A stretch of 64,000 nt of DNA from Desulfurococcaceae archaeon (GCA_020833415.1 JAJHQJ010000002.1:3840-67839), one strand, 5' to 3'. Counted from the first letter of the stretch, positions 38,208 to 46,923 are shown. The notes: generated by a model not told the origin, from the letters alone. Translations and numbers: made by a program.

Positions 38208-39461
38208 GTGAGCTACCCTGTGAGGGGTGAAGAGCCCGTTGTTATAGAGGCTCTTAAGGTGAGGGCTCTCCCCGAGGGTAGCTGTGACCGTCTACTTGAG
38301 TTCCTGATTCTCTATCGCGATGCCGTCCAGATGGTAGTCGACAGGGTCTGGAGTCTAGACACTAAGCTATCCAAGAAGAAGTTACATAGGCTGTTCTACA
38401 GCGACCTAATGTCTATGGGTTTTAGAGCTCACCACGCTAAGGAGGTATATATGTACGCTAAGAGCCTGGTGGAGTCGGCTAGGGGTAACGGCGGTAGAAA
38501 GCCTGTCCTCAGGAGGTTGAGTGCTAGGGTGGATAGGTACGACTACAGACTGGATTTAGACAGCATGACACTAACACTGAAGCTCCACAGCGGCTATGAG
38601 GCTAGGCTAAAGCTAGTGACATCGAGGGAGAGGGTCGAGAGGTTCAGGGGTTGGAGCAACTACGAGCTAGTTGTGAAGTACGATAAGGGAGAGTTTTGGG
38701 TCTCAATCTACTTTAGGAGAGCTGTTAAACCGTTGAAGCCCAGAACGGTAATGGCAATAGACCTGAACTTCGACAACGTAACGTTAGCAATATTCGCCCT
38801 TAGCGGTAGACTACTCAAATTGAAGAGGTTTAAGACTCCCCACAGGAGGATCCTGACCCACAGGATATGGATTGAGAGGATCCAGGAGAGGTACCCGAGG
38901 TCGTGGAGGTTCATCAAGGGCGTTAGGAGGGCTATCGAGAGGCATGGTAAAAGGATTAGGAGTATCTCGTGGGACTACGCCCATAAATTGGGGGACTTAG
39001 TGGCTGAGCTAGCACTCAAGTACTGTTCATTAATTGTCCTCGAGGATCTGGAGAAGCTGAAAGAGAACGGTAAAGGAGATAGGGAGTTTAACAAGAGGCT
39101 GGGGCTGTGGTTCTACCGTAGGATACAGTTCTGCGTTGAGTACGAGGCTAAAGAGAGGAATCTTGAAGTAGTTAAGATTAATCCTAGGGGTACTTCTTCG
39201 AAGTGCCCTGGGTGCGGTGGTAAGCTAGTTGAGGACGGGCATAGGGTGCTGAGGTGTAGAAAATGCGGCTTCACGGGTGATAGAGACGTTATAGCAACGG
39301 TAAACCTATACAGGAGATACGTGTTCAAGTACTCAAGATGTGGGGTCCCCGGGGTGGCCCCGAACGCCCCCGAGCCCGATGAGGCCCCGAGCGGGGTGCG
39401 GGGGAACGGATATGAGGTGATGAAAACTACATCAAGCTATATGAACCTATATGAGAGCTGA
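38208..39461 (+). CDS. tnpB: TnpB (IS605 OrfB / IS1341-type RNA-guided nuclease family), apparently intact, no adjacent tnpA
   Basis: 417 aa; RuvC-like residues in VMAIDLN, LIVLEDL, GDRDVIATVNL; zinc finger CPGCGG...CRKCG. Confidence 0.9.
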   Translation: MSYPVRGEEPVVIEALKVRALPEGSCDRLLEFLILYRDAVQMVVDRVWSLDTKLSKKKLHRLFYSDLMSMGFRAHHAKEVYMYAKSLVESARGNGGRKPVLRRLSARVDRYDYRLDLDSMTLTLKLHSGYEARLKLVTSRERVERFRGWSNYELVVKYDKGEFWVSIYFRRAVKPLKPRTVMAIDLNFDNVTLAIFALSGRLLKLKRFKTPHRRILTHRIWIERIQERYPRSWRFIKGVRRAIERHGKRIRSISWDYAHKLGDLVAELALKYCSLIVLEDLEKLKENGKGDREFNKRLGLWFYRRIQFCVEYEAKERNLEVVKINPRGTSSKCPGCGGKLVEDGHRVLRCRKCGFTGDRDVIATVNLYRRYVFKYSRCGVPGVAPNAPEPDEAPSGVRGNGYEVMKTTSSYMNLYES

Positions 39462-39466
39462 ACCCC
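39330..39466 (+). ncRNA. Omega-RNA (reRNA)-like right-end module overlapping the tnpB 3-prime end
   Basis: A GC-rich hairpin-forming stretch (GGGGTCCCC, GGGGTGGCCCC, ...) ending GAGAGCTGAACCCC. The same module is retained in the deleted copies. By analogy with IS200/IS605 TnpB systems. Confidence 0.45.
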
Positions 39467-39519
39467 ACCTGGCTGAGGATTAGAGAATTTTCAGCTTTTA
39501 AACCCTGAGATAAGCCTAA

Positions 39520-40767
39520 GTGTGGTGGTACCCTACGGGAACTAGGGGTCCCGGCTACCGACTCCTAGTAGCCATTGCTATAGGGTTCGTCCTAGGGCTT
39601 GTAGTGGGGTTCTCCCTCCTCGGTGTACCGGAGGCTGCGAGGACTGATGCTGCGGCGTGGTTTAAGGCTCTGGGAGATATATTCGTGAGGTTGATAAGGA
39701 TCGTCATACCGCCGCTCATATTCTTCACTATAGCAACTGCGACAGCCTCCATAGCCGACTTGAGGAGGTTGGGGTTGGTGCTCCTCTGGATGCTAGTACT
39801 CTACATAGGTACATCAGCTCTAGCAGCCTTCTGGGGGGTGCTCGCCGGCCAGCTCTTCCAGCCCGGAGTTGGGGTAGGTCTTAAACCTCCAGCTGGCTAC
39901 ACGCCGCCTAAGCCGCCGTCAGCTATAGATATACTGATGAGCTTCTTCCAGGTAGACTTCAGCGCCTTACTAACGGTTGGCGGCGCTATGACTATGATAA
40001 TATTCGCTATAATCCTGGGGGTTGCCGTAGTACTACTAGGTGGAGAGGGTAGGAGGGTCTACTCGCTCCTCAAGCTAGCCTCAGACCTTATGATAAGGAT
40101 CGTTGGTATTATAATGTACTACGCACCTGTAGCTATATTCGGCTACGCAGCTTGGTTGATAGCTACTTACGGACCTCAGATGCTCGGTGCCTACGGTAAG
40201 TTCCTAGTATCTCAGTACTCGCTCACCTTGATGCACTTCTTCGTAATCTACAGCATAATAGTGGTTGCGGGAGGGCTTAACCCACTGAGGTACTTCAAGT
40301 ACCAGTCTACGCCGTTCGTCATAGCCTTTACGACGAGGTCGTCTGCAGTAACCCTACCCTACAACATGGAGGCTGCTAGGAGGATGGGGATCCCGGAGGA
40401 GGTCTTCCAGATAACCGTACCTATAGGAGCTACGGTAAACATGGACGGTACAGCCCTGTACCAAGCCCTCTCGGCCCTCTTCGTCGCACAGCTCTTCGGT
40501 ATCTCGCTTACACCAGCCCAAGTGGGTCTGGTGGTAGTGGCGGCTGTAGTAGGCTCGGTAGCTACGGCAGCCATACCTGGCGGTGGCACGATAATGCTAG
40601 CCTACGTTCTAGGCGTGGTTGGTCTACCTCTAGAGGGTGTGGGTATAATGATGGTTGTAGACCCCATAGCGGACGCCATGAGGACCGCCATAAATGCCTC
40701 GGGAGACAACGCCTGCTCAGTACTAATAACTAGGCTAGTAGGCCTAAGGCTCAGATCCTCGAGCTAA
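39520..40767 (+). CDS. Dicarboxylate/amino acid:cation symporter (GltP/GltPh family)
   Basis: 415 aa; ...TRSSAVTLPYNMEAA...NMDGTALYQ.... The start is uncertain because a TATA-like box lies only about 19 nt upstream of GTG 39520. Confidence 0.85.
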   Translation: MWWYPTGTRGPGYRLLVAIAIGFVLGLVVGFSLLGVPEAARTDAAAWFKALGDIFVRLIRIVIPPLIFFTIATATASIADLRRLGLVLLWMLVLYIGTSALAAFWGVLAGQLFQPGVGVGLKPPAGYTPPKPPSAIDILMSFFQVDFSALLTVGGAMTMIIFAIILGVAVVLLGGEGRRVYSLLKLASDLMIRIVGIIMYYAPVAIFGYAAWLIATYGPQMLGAYGKFLVSQYSLTLMHFFVIYSIIVVAGGLNPLRYFKYQSTPFVIAFTTRSSAVTLPYNMEAARRMGIPEEVFQITVPIGATVNMDGTALYQALSALFVAQLFGISLTPAQVGLVVVAAVVGSVATAAIPGGGTIMLAYVLGVVGLPLEGVGIMMVVDPIADAMRTAINASGDNACSVLITRLVGLRLRSSS

Positions 40768-40919
40768 GCCTATTCATGTAACCTTTTTATCTTCCTTACA
40801 CTTCTGCCGAAGCTACTCTAGGAACTTAGGTGCGGAGGCTCTCTAGAGTTTCTGTAGCTTAAGCATGATCTTTCGACTAAAGTTCCCGGTTCTTACTCGA
40901 AGCGTTGCTCTTAGTGCAA

Positions 40920-41624
40920 CTAGGCTGTAGGTCGGTCGGTCCGCGTAACTACCTCTGAAGAGGTCTTTATGAGGTAGCTTATATCTGAGTATACTAGGCT
41001 TATCGCATCGCTTAGGTCTACCTCGATACTGCTTCCTAAGGATACCTTTACTCCCCTTATCGAGTCTCCGGTTTTGTATACGTAGACCCTAACCCCGTAG
41101 CTTGTTAGTATTGTCGATGCGAGCTCCCTCTTACCGCTCTCATATAGCTTCCTAACTAGGCTTAGGAGGACCCTAGCTAATCTGTGACTGCAGCTCCTCA
41201 GTTCGGTAGACCTCTCCAGTAGGGCTATTGCCAACGCTGCGGAGAGGAAGTCCCGAGATTCGTTGACTATATGCGGTACGCTATCCAGGTCCGAGCATGT
41301 AAGCTCCCCTGCGAGGAACCTACCTACCTCCCTCTCTATGGAGAACCCCACCTCACTCTGAGGTGGGAGGTCGTAACCACCTCTAACTAAACTGACTAGC
41401 TTAGGTATTAGGTCTCTGTACCTCTCCGGGAGCTCGTTGAGTACAGCTACTAGGGTCTCCACACCCTCAGCTCTACCCCCCTCCAGCAGCTCTGCAAGTA
41501 CCTTTACTAGCCTAACCCTGCAGTCCTCATCCCCCCTACAGCTACCCAGGACCCTCCGTATCCTAGATGCTACTAGTTCCCTCCTACGTACACGCGATAG
41601 CCCTAGGAAGTCTGGGAACACCAT
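40920..41624 (-). CDS. Hypothetical protein
   Basis: 234-aa ORF, 12 nt downstream of the 137-aa gene on the same strand. Confidence 0.5.
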   Translation of the reverse strand: MVFPDFLGLSRVRRRELVASRIRRVLGSCRGDEDCRVRLVKVLAELLEGGRAEGVETLVAVLNELPERYRDLIPKLVSLVRGGYDLPPQSEVGFSIEREVGRFLAGELTCSDLDSVPHIVNESRDFLSAALAIALLERSTELRSCSHRLARVLLSLVRKLYESGKRELASTILTSYGVRVYVYKTGDSIRGVKVSLGSSIEVDLSDAISLVYSDISYLIKTSSEVVTRTDRPTA

Positions 41625-41635
41625 AGACTAAACCT

Positions 41636-42049
41636 CTAGGACTTACTCCTCTTAGCTAGCCTTACGCAGTCAGCCACCACCCTATCGACAAGGTCTCTAT
41701 GCTCTAGCCTCACATGTCTCTCAGGGTTCATGGTCAGGGTCTTACCGCAGACAGTGCAGTAGTACCCGCCAGGGACCTTAACTACTATCGGTGTCAGAGT
41801 TGCTAGAGTGTTAAAGGAAGATCTTACAATAGCCTGGGCCACCCGGTAGTTACCGGCCTTCTCAACAACCCTCTGGATATAGCCTCTGAGCTTAAACTTA
41901 CCTATCCTGTACTTATGGCTTAGGGTAGAGGGGGACTCCCCATCGATGAGGTACTCCTTAAGAGCGTAGAGTACAACTAGATCTCCAGCAAGAACCTTAA
42001 CTGCTAAGTACCTTAAGGCCTCAGCAACTCCCTCAGGCATCCTCCACAC
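41636..42049 (-). CDS. Putative DNA-binding protein with C-terminal C2H2-like zinc finger
   Basis: 137 aa; CTVCGKTLTMNPERHVRLEH. Confidence 0.5.
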   Translation of the reverse strand: MWRMPEGVAEALRYLAVKVLAGDLVVLYALKEYLIDGESPSTLSHKYRIGKFKLRGYIQRVVEKAGNYRVAQAIVRSSFNTLATLTPIVVKVPGGYYCTVCGKTLTMNPERHVRLEHRDLVDRVVADCVRLAKRSKS

Positions 42050-42141
42050 CTAGGAGTCCTCTATAGTAGGAGGTTCTTTAAAACAGTTAAGCCAATAGAT
42101 TTCCCCAGCGGATCATTCTCCACTCCCTAGGGTTGGTCTCC

Positions 42142-42191
42142 AGCTGTAAACCCCTTAGAGGATGTAGCAGTTTAGTGGTGGAGGGGTCAGC
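42142..42191 (+). repeat. Divergent hairpin repeat with internal insertion
   Basis: AGCTGTAAACCCC...CAGTTTAGTGGTGGAGGGGTCAGC. Both ends resemble the consensus. Confidence 0.45.
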
Positions 42192-42240
42192 ATTTTATGG
42201 TAGAGGGCTTCGTCGACTACACTATTTTTAAATTACCTAG

Positions 42241-42255
42241 CCCTATACTATAGGG
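42241..42255. promoter_or_regulatory. Near-perfect palindrome CCCTATACTATAGGG between the TATA-like box (42223-42235) and the RHH gene start
   Basis: Seen in sequence. The position is typical of an autoregulatory operator. Confidence 0.3.
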
Positions 42256-42262
42256 TTAGCTA

Positions 42263-42460
42263 TTGGACGATGATGTCCTAGTATCCGTTAGACTACCTGA
42301 GGAGGTTGTTGAGGCTATAGACAGTTTGGTTAGAAGTGGTATAGCTGAGTGTCGTAGCGATGTACTGAGGTTGGCGGTTCTCCTAAAGCTTAGAAGTATG
42401 GGTTACCCGGTAGGGGGTGAGGAGTTAAGTAGACTTCTCTCAAAGCTTAAGATAGGGTGA
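42263..42460 (+). CDS. Ribbon-helix-helix (CopG-like) protein
   Basis: 65 aa; VSVRLPEEVVEAIDSLVRSG...SDVLRLAV pattern. Confidence 0.6.
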   Translation: MDDDVLVSVRLPEEVVEAIDSLVRSGIAECRSDVLRLAVLLKLRSMGYPVGGEELSRLLSKLKIG

Positions 42461-42468
42461 CGTAATGG

Positions 42469-42822
42469 TTGAGTTCCTGGGAGCCTAGGTGGGTCAGGAG
42501 GAGGGTCTCTGCACACGGTATTACCGTAACCACGTGCTACGACCTCACAACCACACTACTCGTATGTCCTCTCTGTAGCGATATAAGTATAGATGAGCTG
42601 TGTCCAGAGGGTCAGGAGGGGGTTATCCCGGTATCTAGGGCAGCCCTCTTCCTCACGGTTGAGGACCTAATAAACCATATGAGGACTCACTGGCATAGTA
42701 AGAGGTATAAGAGGATCGGGGTCCCCACAGCTAGGGAGGGTGATGAAGGGGGTGAGGAGGGTATTCTTAGGAGATTCTCTAACGTCAAATCTACTAGCGG
42801 GGGAGGGAGACCTAGTAGTTGA
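42469..42822 (+). CDS. Small Cys/His-containing protein (zinc-finger-like)
   Basis: 117 aa; CPLC...HMRTHWH. Overlaps the next ORF by 83 nt. Confidence 0.45.
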   Translation: MSSWEPRWVRRRVSAHGITVTTCYDLTTTLLVCPLCSDISIDELCPEGQEGVIPVSRAALFLTVEDLINHMRTHWHSKRYKRIGVPTAREGDEGGEEGILRRFSNVKSTSGGGRPSS

Positions 42823-43645
42823 CTTCTGGGAGGGTGGTAGCGACCTCTACGGCTGGTCCATAGGTAGCTACTGCGTAGATAGAGTACCCATATTCCTGAG
42901 GAGGAGTTGCTGTACGGCTAATCTTAGGTGGGACCTCCTAGAGGTAGATGTTAACGTAAGTGTGGAGGGCTTGGAGAGTGTAGTTAGTGAGAAGCTGGGG
43001 GACTTAAGTACTACCGTAGTAGGTTTCAGTGGTAGGCTCTACACACCGGCTAAGCCGGTCTGCAGATACTTTAGGAGGTTAAGGTCTGAGAGTAGGGCTC
43101 AACACCTCTACTCACCTATAGTTAGGGTAGACCTAGAGCTTAGGGAGGTTGTAACGTACCACGCTAAGGTAGAGTTCTCAGAGCTCGTTAACACCTTACC
43201 ACTACACTACTTACTACTGAAGAGCGGACTCAAGAGCCTAGCTGAGGAACTGGGGTATAGCTCAGCTCACATACTAATGCTCGTAGCTGAGAGCTCTCTG
43301 AAGGAGTACTCAAAGCTGTTTATAGGGCATAGAGGTTACCTAACCAGTTGTGTTATCTCTTACCGGGAAGAGCCTCTAGGTAGAATCCTCTACGCGATAA
43401 CTCCGCTAACTAGGGGGACCTACAAGGAGGACCTCACAGCTAAGGTTATGGGAGAGCTTAAGAGGCTTAAAGTAGTTAGTGGAAAGCCTAAATCCTACAG
43501 GTCCTTCTACATAAAGTACTTCAGGTTCTACGGAAACCCTAGGAGAGCTTTAGAAGAGCTAAGAAAGTATAAAGTCCTATCCCTAGGTAGGTACGGTAGC
43601 TGGTCGGAGTTAGACCTATGCTCGATATGTGAATCCACTAAATAA
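42740..43645 (+). CDS. Degenerate FAD/NAD(P)-oxidoreductase-like protein
   Basis: 301 aa. The N-terminus VRRVFLGDSLTSNLLAGEG resembles a decayed GxGxxG Rossmann motif. The C-terminal LGRYGSWSEL resembles the GRxGxWxY motif of amine-oxidase/UGM-like proteins. Confidence 0.45.
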   Translation: MMKGVRRVFLGDSLTSNLLAGEGDLVVDFWEGGSDLYGWSIGSYCVDRVPIFLRRSCCTANLRWDLLEVDVNVSVEGLESVVSEKLGDLSTTVVGFSGRLYTPAKPVCRYFRRLRSESRAQHLYSPIVRVDLELREVVTYHAKVEFSELVNTLPLHYLLLKSGLKSLAEELGYSSAHILMLVAESSLKEYSKLFIGHRGYLTSCVISYREEPLGRILYAITPLTRGTYKEDLTAKVMGELKRLKVVSGKPKSYRSFYIKYFRFYGNPRRALEELRKYKVLSLGRYGSWSELDLCSICESTK

Positions 43646-43666
43646 CCTCCCACCACCCTCTGGGGC

Positions 43667-43710
<44 letters not shown>

Positions 43711-43717
43711 TAGAGCT

Positions 43718-44038
43718 CTAGTAGGTTAGTGCTGCATTAGCTATCAGCGGATCCTCAAGGAATGCGAGGATATCTGCCTCATCCTCCGGGGATTCATTGA
43801 AGTAGAGAGCTATTGAAAGAATTAGGTCCTCTAGTTCCTCGACAGTTGGTAGGGACTTGGTCACCACCTTAACCCCGTTTACGGATAGGAACGGGGTTCT
43901 CGTACTGACCGTTACCGGTATTACGTAAACCTCCACACCGTACTTCTTAAATATTCTCTGCGCAGCTTCCCAGGTTAGTCTAACAAGTTCTTCACAGACT
44001 TCATCACCGTTAGTACCTACGACTACGTTAACGGTCAG
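43718..44038 (-). CDS. Thioredoxin-fold small protein lacking the CxxC pair, start uncertain
   Basis: The track ORF starts at GTG 43936. The upstream in-frame sequence TVNVVVGTNGDEVCEELVRLTWEAAQRIFKKYG completes the beta-alpha-beta N-terminus of small thioredoxin-like proteins. CTG at 44036-44038 lies 37 nt from the TATA-like CCTTATAAGG. Confidence 0.55.
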   Translation of the reverse strand: MTVNVVVGTNGDEVCEELVRLTWEAAQRIFKKYGVEVYVIPVTVSTRTPFLSVNGVKVVTKSLPTVEELEDLILSIALYFNESPEDEADILAFLEDPLIANAALTY

Positions 44039-44199
44039 AGTACTCCCGGAAAACCACTCACCGGAGAGACCCTTATAAGGGTAGCCCCCCTTAGATAGAC
44101 CCTCCGACAGCTACCTACATATAGGTAGTTACTAAGCCACTCTAGCTTTCAAATCCCGTCTGTGTATTCACGGTATTGTGGTCAAAATATCGGGCTCTA

Positions 44200-44446
44200 C
44201 CTGACCTCCTTTCCGCCCTAGAGGGCGAGGATTCCCCTAGGGCGGCTCACAGGTTCCCCCCATCTATTCGGGGCTACATCTGTCATCTGGGAGGCATTCA
44301 GGGGGTCGGAGCTCCCCACATCCTGCCTAGGGTTCTACGCGGTTGCCTATCCCGCATCCCCGGAGGGCTTGGGGGCAAGCGCAAAACATCGGCACGGAGC
44401 TTATAAGCTTTCCCCATCCCCACCCTAAAGGGCGAGGCTTTCAGTT
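44200..44446 (-). repeat. Long form (about 247 bp) of the hairpin-repeat family, copy 1
   Basis: CTGACCTCCTTTCCGCCCTAGAGGGCGAGG ... CCCCACCCTAAAGGGCGAGGCTTTCAGTT|GTAA. Internal blocks (AAGCCCTCC.GGGGATGC, CAGATGTAG.CCCGAATAGATG, GCTTATAA) are shared with 31475-31719. Confidence 0.85.
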
Positions 44447-44583
44447 GTAACTATTGGAGTTCTATCCCGAATTCGACACGGTCTTACTATTTGTTAAGGA
44501 CCCACCTCTAGGCAAGAGCTACCACGATCTCTAGGTCAGCTCTTTAAATGCTACTATCGTGTGGGTGGGTTCTTGGAGTTCTA

Positions 44584-45087
44584 CTAGGTGCTGAGTTCCA
44601 GCTGAAGCTTATTACCACACCTAGGACACTCCCCCGGTTTCGCAGACCTGTAGCCGCAGGCTTTACATACATAGACGTACCTCCTGACCCTAGTCCTGCC
44701 AGGGTACTTAAGCCCCTGTATGGCTATACCTAGTGATATAGCTACGTTCTGTACTAAGGTATCGTCTGTGTAGAGTATGGCAGAACCGCACCTCTCCTTA
44801 ACGTAGTAGGCTAGAGCGAGGACCTCTAAATCGGCCTTAGAGAGCTCGTAGAGTACACCCAACTTCCTAGCTACCTCCATAACCCTCCTTCTGAAGTTTT
44901 CTGAAGCCTGTGTAACTACGAGTTTCCCTGAAGCTAGGGCCAACTCAACACCCCTCCTACTCCTCTCGTCGAGTACCTCCTCAGTAACCTGCTCAACGGT
45001 ATAGACCACCGGGTAGCTTAGGTTTACACCCGCGAAGAGTCCGGCCGCATCAACAACTACGTTACTCCTGCTACAGTCTACAGACAC
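44584..45087 (-). CDS. nob1: Nob1-like endonuclease (PIN domain plus zinc ribbon)
   Basis: 167 aa; PIN-like N-terminus; CKACGYRSAKPGECPRCG. Confidence 0.75.
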   Translation of the reverse strand: MSVDCSRSNVVVDAAGLFAGVNLSYPVVYTVEQVTEEVLDERSRRGVELALASGKLVVTQASENFRRRVMEVARKLGVLYELSKADLEVLALAYYVKERCGSAILYTDDTLVQNVAISLGIAIQGLKYPGRTRVRRYVYVCKACGYRSAKPGECPRCGNKLQLELST

Positions 45088-45908
45088 CTCTCGAACACCT
45101 TAGAGAAGAAGTCCTCGTAGAAGAACCTTATTACTCTAGCTGGTCTAGGTGCCTTAAGTACCTCTACCGAGTCCCCGGGCTCCCTGAGGGCCGTCATCAC
45201 CCCATCAACGTAGAGCTCTACCTCATGCGAGTCCCCGGATACCTCCACAAGGACCGTGGAATTCTCCGGGAGGACTACAGGTCTCGAGCAGAGGGATATG
45301 GGTGCAAGCGGAGTTACCAGTATAACCCTCATTAGGGGGTCCACTATGGGGCCTCCAGCAGCTAGGCTATACGCAGCCGAACCTACAGGTGTTGCAATTA
45401 TAACTCCATCACCTACAATACTGAGAACCCCCTCCACACGTCCTTCCTGGCATCTCATAACTCTGAGTCTACAGACCTTACCCCTGGCTCTCGAGGAGGT
45501 AACTACAGCTACTTCGTTAAGAGCGTACGGGATCCTCTCAACCCCCCTACACCTAGCCTCAAGCCTCATGTACTCATGGACTACGTACCTACCATCAATA
45601 AGTCTATCCAGAGCTATAGCGTAGTCATACGGGGGGACGTCGGCTAGGAACCCCCTCTTACCGTACCTAATGGTTACTACAGGGGTATCCATGTCTCCCA
45701 GGAGGTGTAGGGTCCTCAGTATAGTTCCATCACCACCTACTACAACTACTACGTCAACGCGGTCCCTACCGAGGTTGAAGGTTGGGTGCCACTCAACGTA
45801 GTTAAGGGCCCTTGAGTCTAGGTATGCTTTAAGACCCCTACTCTCGGCATACTCTAATATCTTTACAGCTAGGGCTAGGGCATCCGTGCTACCCAGCTTC
45901 GGTACCAC
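45078..45908 (-). CDS. nadK: NAD kinase
   Basis: 276 aa; VVVVGGDGTILRTL motif. Confidence 0.9.
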   Translation of the reverse strand: MVPKLGSTDALALAVKILEYAESRGLKAYLDSRALNYVEWHPTFNLGRDRVDVVVVVGGDGTILRTLHLLGDMDTPVVTIRYGKRGFLADVPPYDYAIALDRLIDGRYVVHEYMRLEARCRGVERIPYALNEVAVVTSSRARGKVCRLRVMRCQEGRVEGVLSIVGDGVIIATPVGSAAYSLAAGGPIVDPLMRVILVTPLAPISLCSRPVVLPENSTVLVEVSGDSHEVELYVDGVMTALREPGDSVEVLKAPRPARVIRFFYEDFFSKVFERCL

Positions 45909-45963
45909 CCCGATACTCTGCGTTCTCGCACCCCAGGTCTCCGTAGAGCTAGGGCTATTATAG

Positions 45964-46551
45964 CTAGGTCTTATAGCTACGGTCGTGCCCTACCTGTATA
46001 ATAGAGCTCTCGGGAACTGATATCCCCAGCTTTAGGAGCTTACTAACGCAGGTAGGGCAGAACTTATCCAGCTTCCTATCTACCTCCAGTAGGCTGTTAC
46101 TAAAGCTCATAACGCAGAGGGGGTTCCTACAGTGACCTAACCCAAAGACATGGCCTAGCTCGTGTACGGATTCCTTGACAACCCTCTTCAAGTACCCCTC
46201 CCTACTAGTCCAGAGCCTAAGCCTCCTGAGGAATACTGCGGCAGACCCTAGCTCAGGTATAGCCAGCCCGAACACGAAGTTGAGGCCGGGGACGTAGGCA
46301 TCGACATCGGCTAGTACGAGCACTATAGAGCTGTGACCCCTCCTTAGGGCCGATACATACCTAACGACGGCGTCTGCTAGGAACTGATTACGTACTCTAT
46401 CGAAGAACTCTTCAGGGATCTCCACAGCCCCCCCGAGGACTACTCCTGCGCTGAATACCTCAGAAAGCCTCCTCTGGAGGAGGTCTAGAGCATCGGTCTC
46501 GACGTACCCGTAGCTGTAGAGCTGGACCGTATAGACTCTAGCTAAGGCTAC
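45964..46551 (-). CDS. amzA: Archaemetzincin (zinc metallopeptidase), start uncertain
   Basis: HELGHVFGLGHC...C...C motif. The track ORF starts at GTG 46425, but 45 in-frame codons upstream (open to 46560) encode ARVYTVQLYSYGYVETDALDLLQRRLSEVFSAGVVLGGA, the conserved N-terminal strand-helix of the family, without any ATG/GTG/TTG. Confidence 0.85.
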   Translation of the reverse strand, partial: VALARVYTVQLYSYGYVETDALDLLQRRLSEVFSAGVVLGGAVEIPEEFFDRVRNQFLADAVVRYVSALRRGHSSIVLVLADVDAYVPGLNFVFGLAIPELGSAAVFLRRLRLWTSREGYLKRVVKESVHELGHVFGLGHCRNPLCVMSFSNSLLEVDRKLDKFCPTCVSKLLKLGISVPESSIIQVGHDRSYKT

Positions 46552-46638
46552 CCCACCCCCCTAAGATCATCCTAACTCAGGAATATAGTTTTAAGCTTAT
46601 TTAACCTACTCCTTACACCATGTGCGGTAGGGTTAGAT

Positions 46639-46923
46639 ATGGAGCTAGAGTATCTAGTCTCTACGGTGCTGACCATACTAATACCCTTCTACCTTACATC
46701 GTTCCTACTGTACATAATTAGGGTAGTTAAAGGACCAACCCTCTCCGATAGGGTACTTGCTGTAGACTCCCTAGGCTACGACCTAGCAGCCTTCATGGTA
46801 GTCCTCTCAGTACTTCTCAAAGCTCCGCTAATGATCGTATCCGCTCTAGCCCTAGCACTCTGGGTCTACGCTCTAGACATATACGTAGCCAAGTACCTAG
46901 AGGCCCGTGAGATGGGTGGTTAA
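46639..46923 (+). CDS. mnhF: Mrp antiporter subunit F-like
   Basis: 94 aa, membrane protein, ...VVKGPTLSDRVLAVDSLG.... Confidence 0.75.
   Translation: MELEYLVSTVLTILIPFYLTSFLLYIIRVVKGPTLSDRVLAVDSLGYDLAAFMVVLSVLLKAPLMIVSALALALWVYALDIYVAKYLEAREMGG

Noticed and set aside
42469-43645. Possible programmed frameshift joining the 117-aa and 301-aa ORFs (83-nt overlap).
   Set aside because: The 301-aa ORF has its own plausible N-terminal Rossmann-like start right at its GTG/ATG. No slippery heptamer was noticed in the overlap.
44548-44733. 61-aa plus-strand ORF with an upstream TATA-like CTCTTTAAATGC.
   Set aside because: It overlaps the 3-prime end of the well-supported nob1 gene on the opposite strand, and its translation has no recognisable features.
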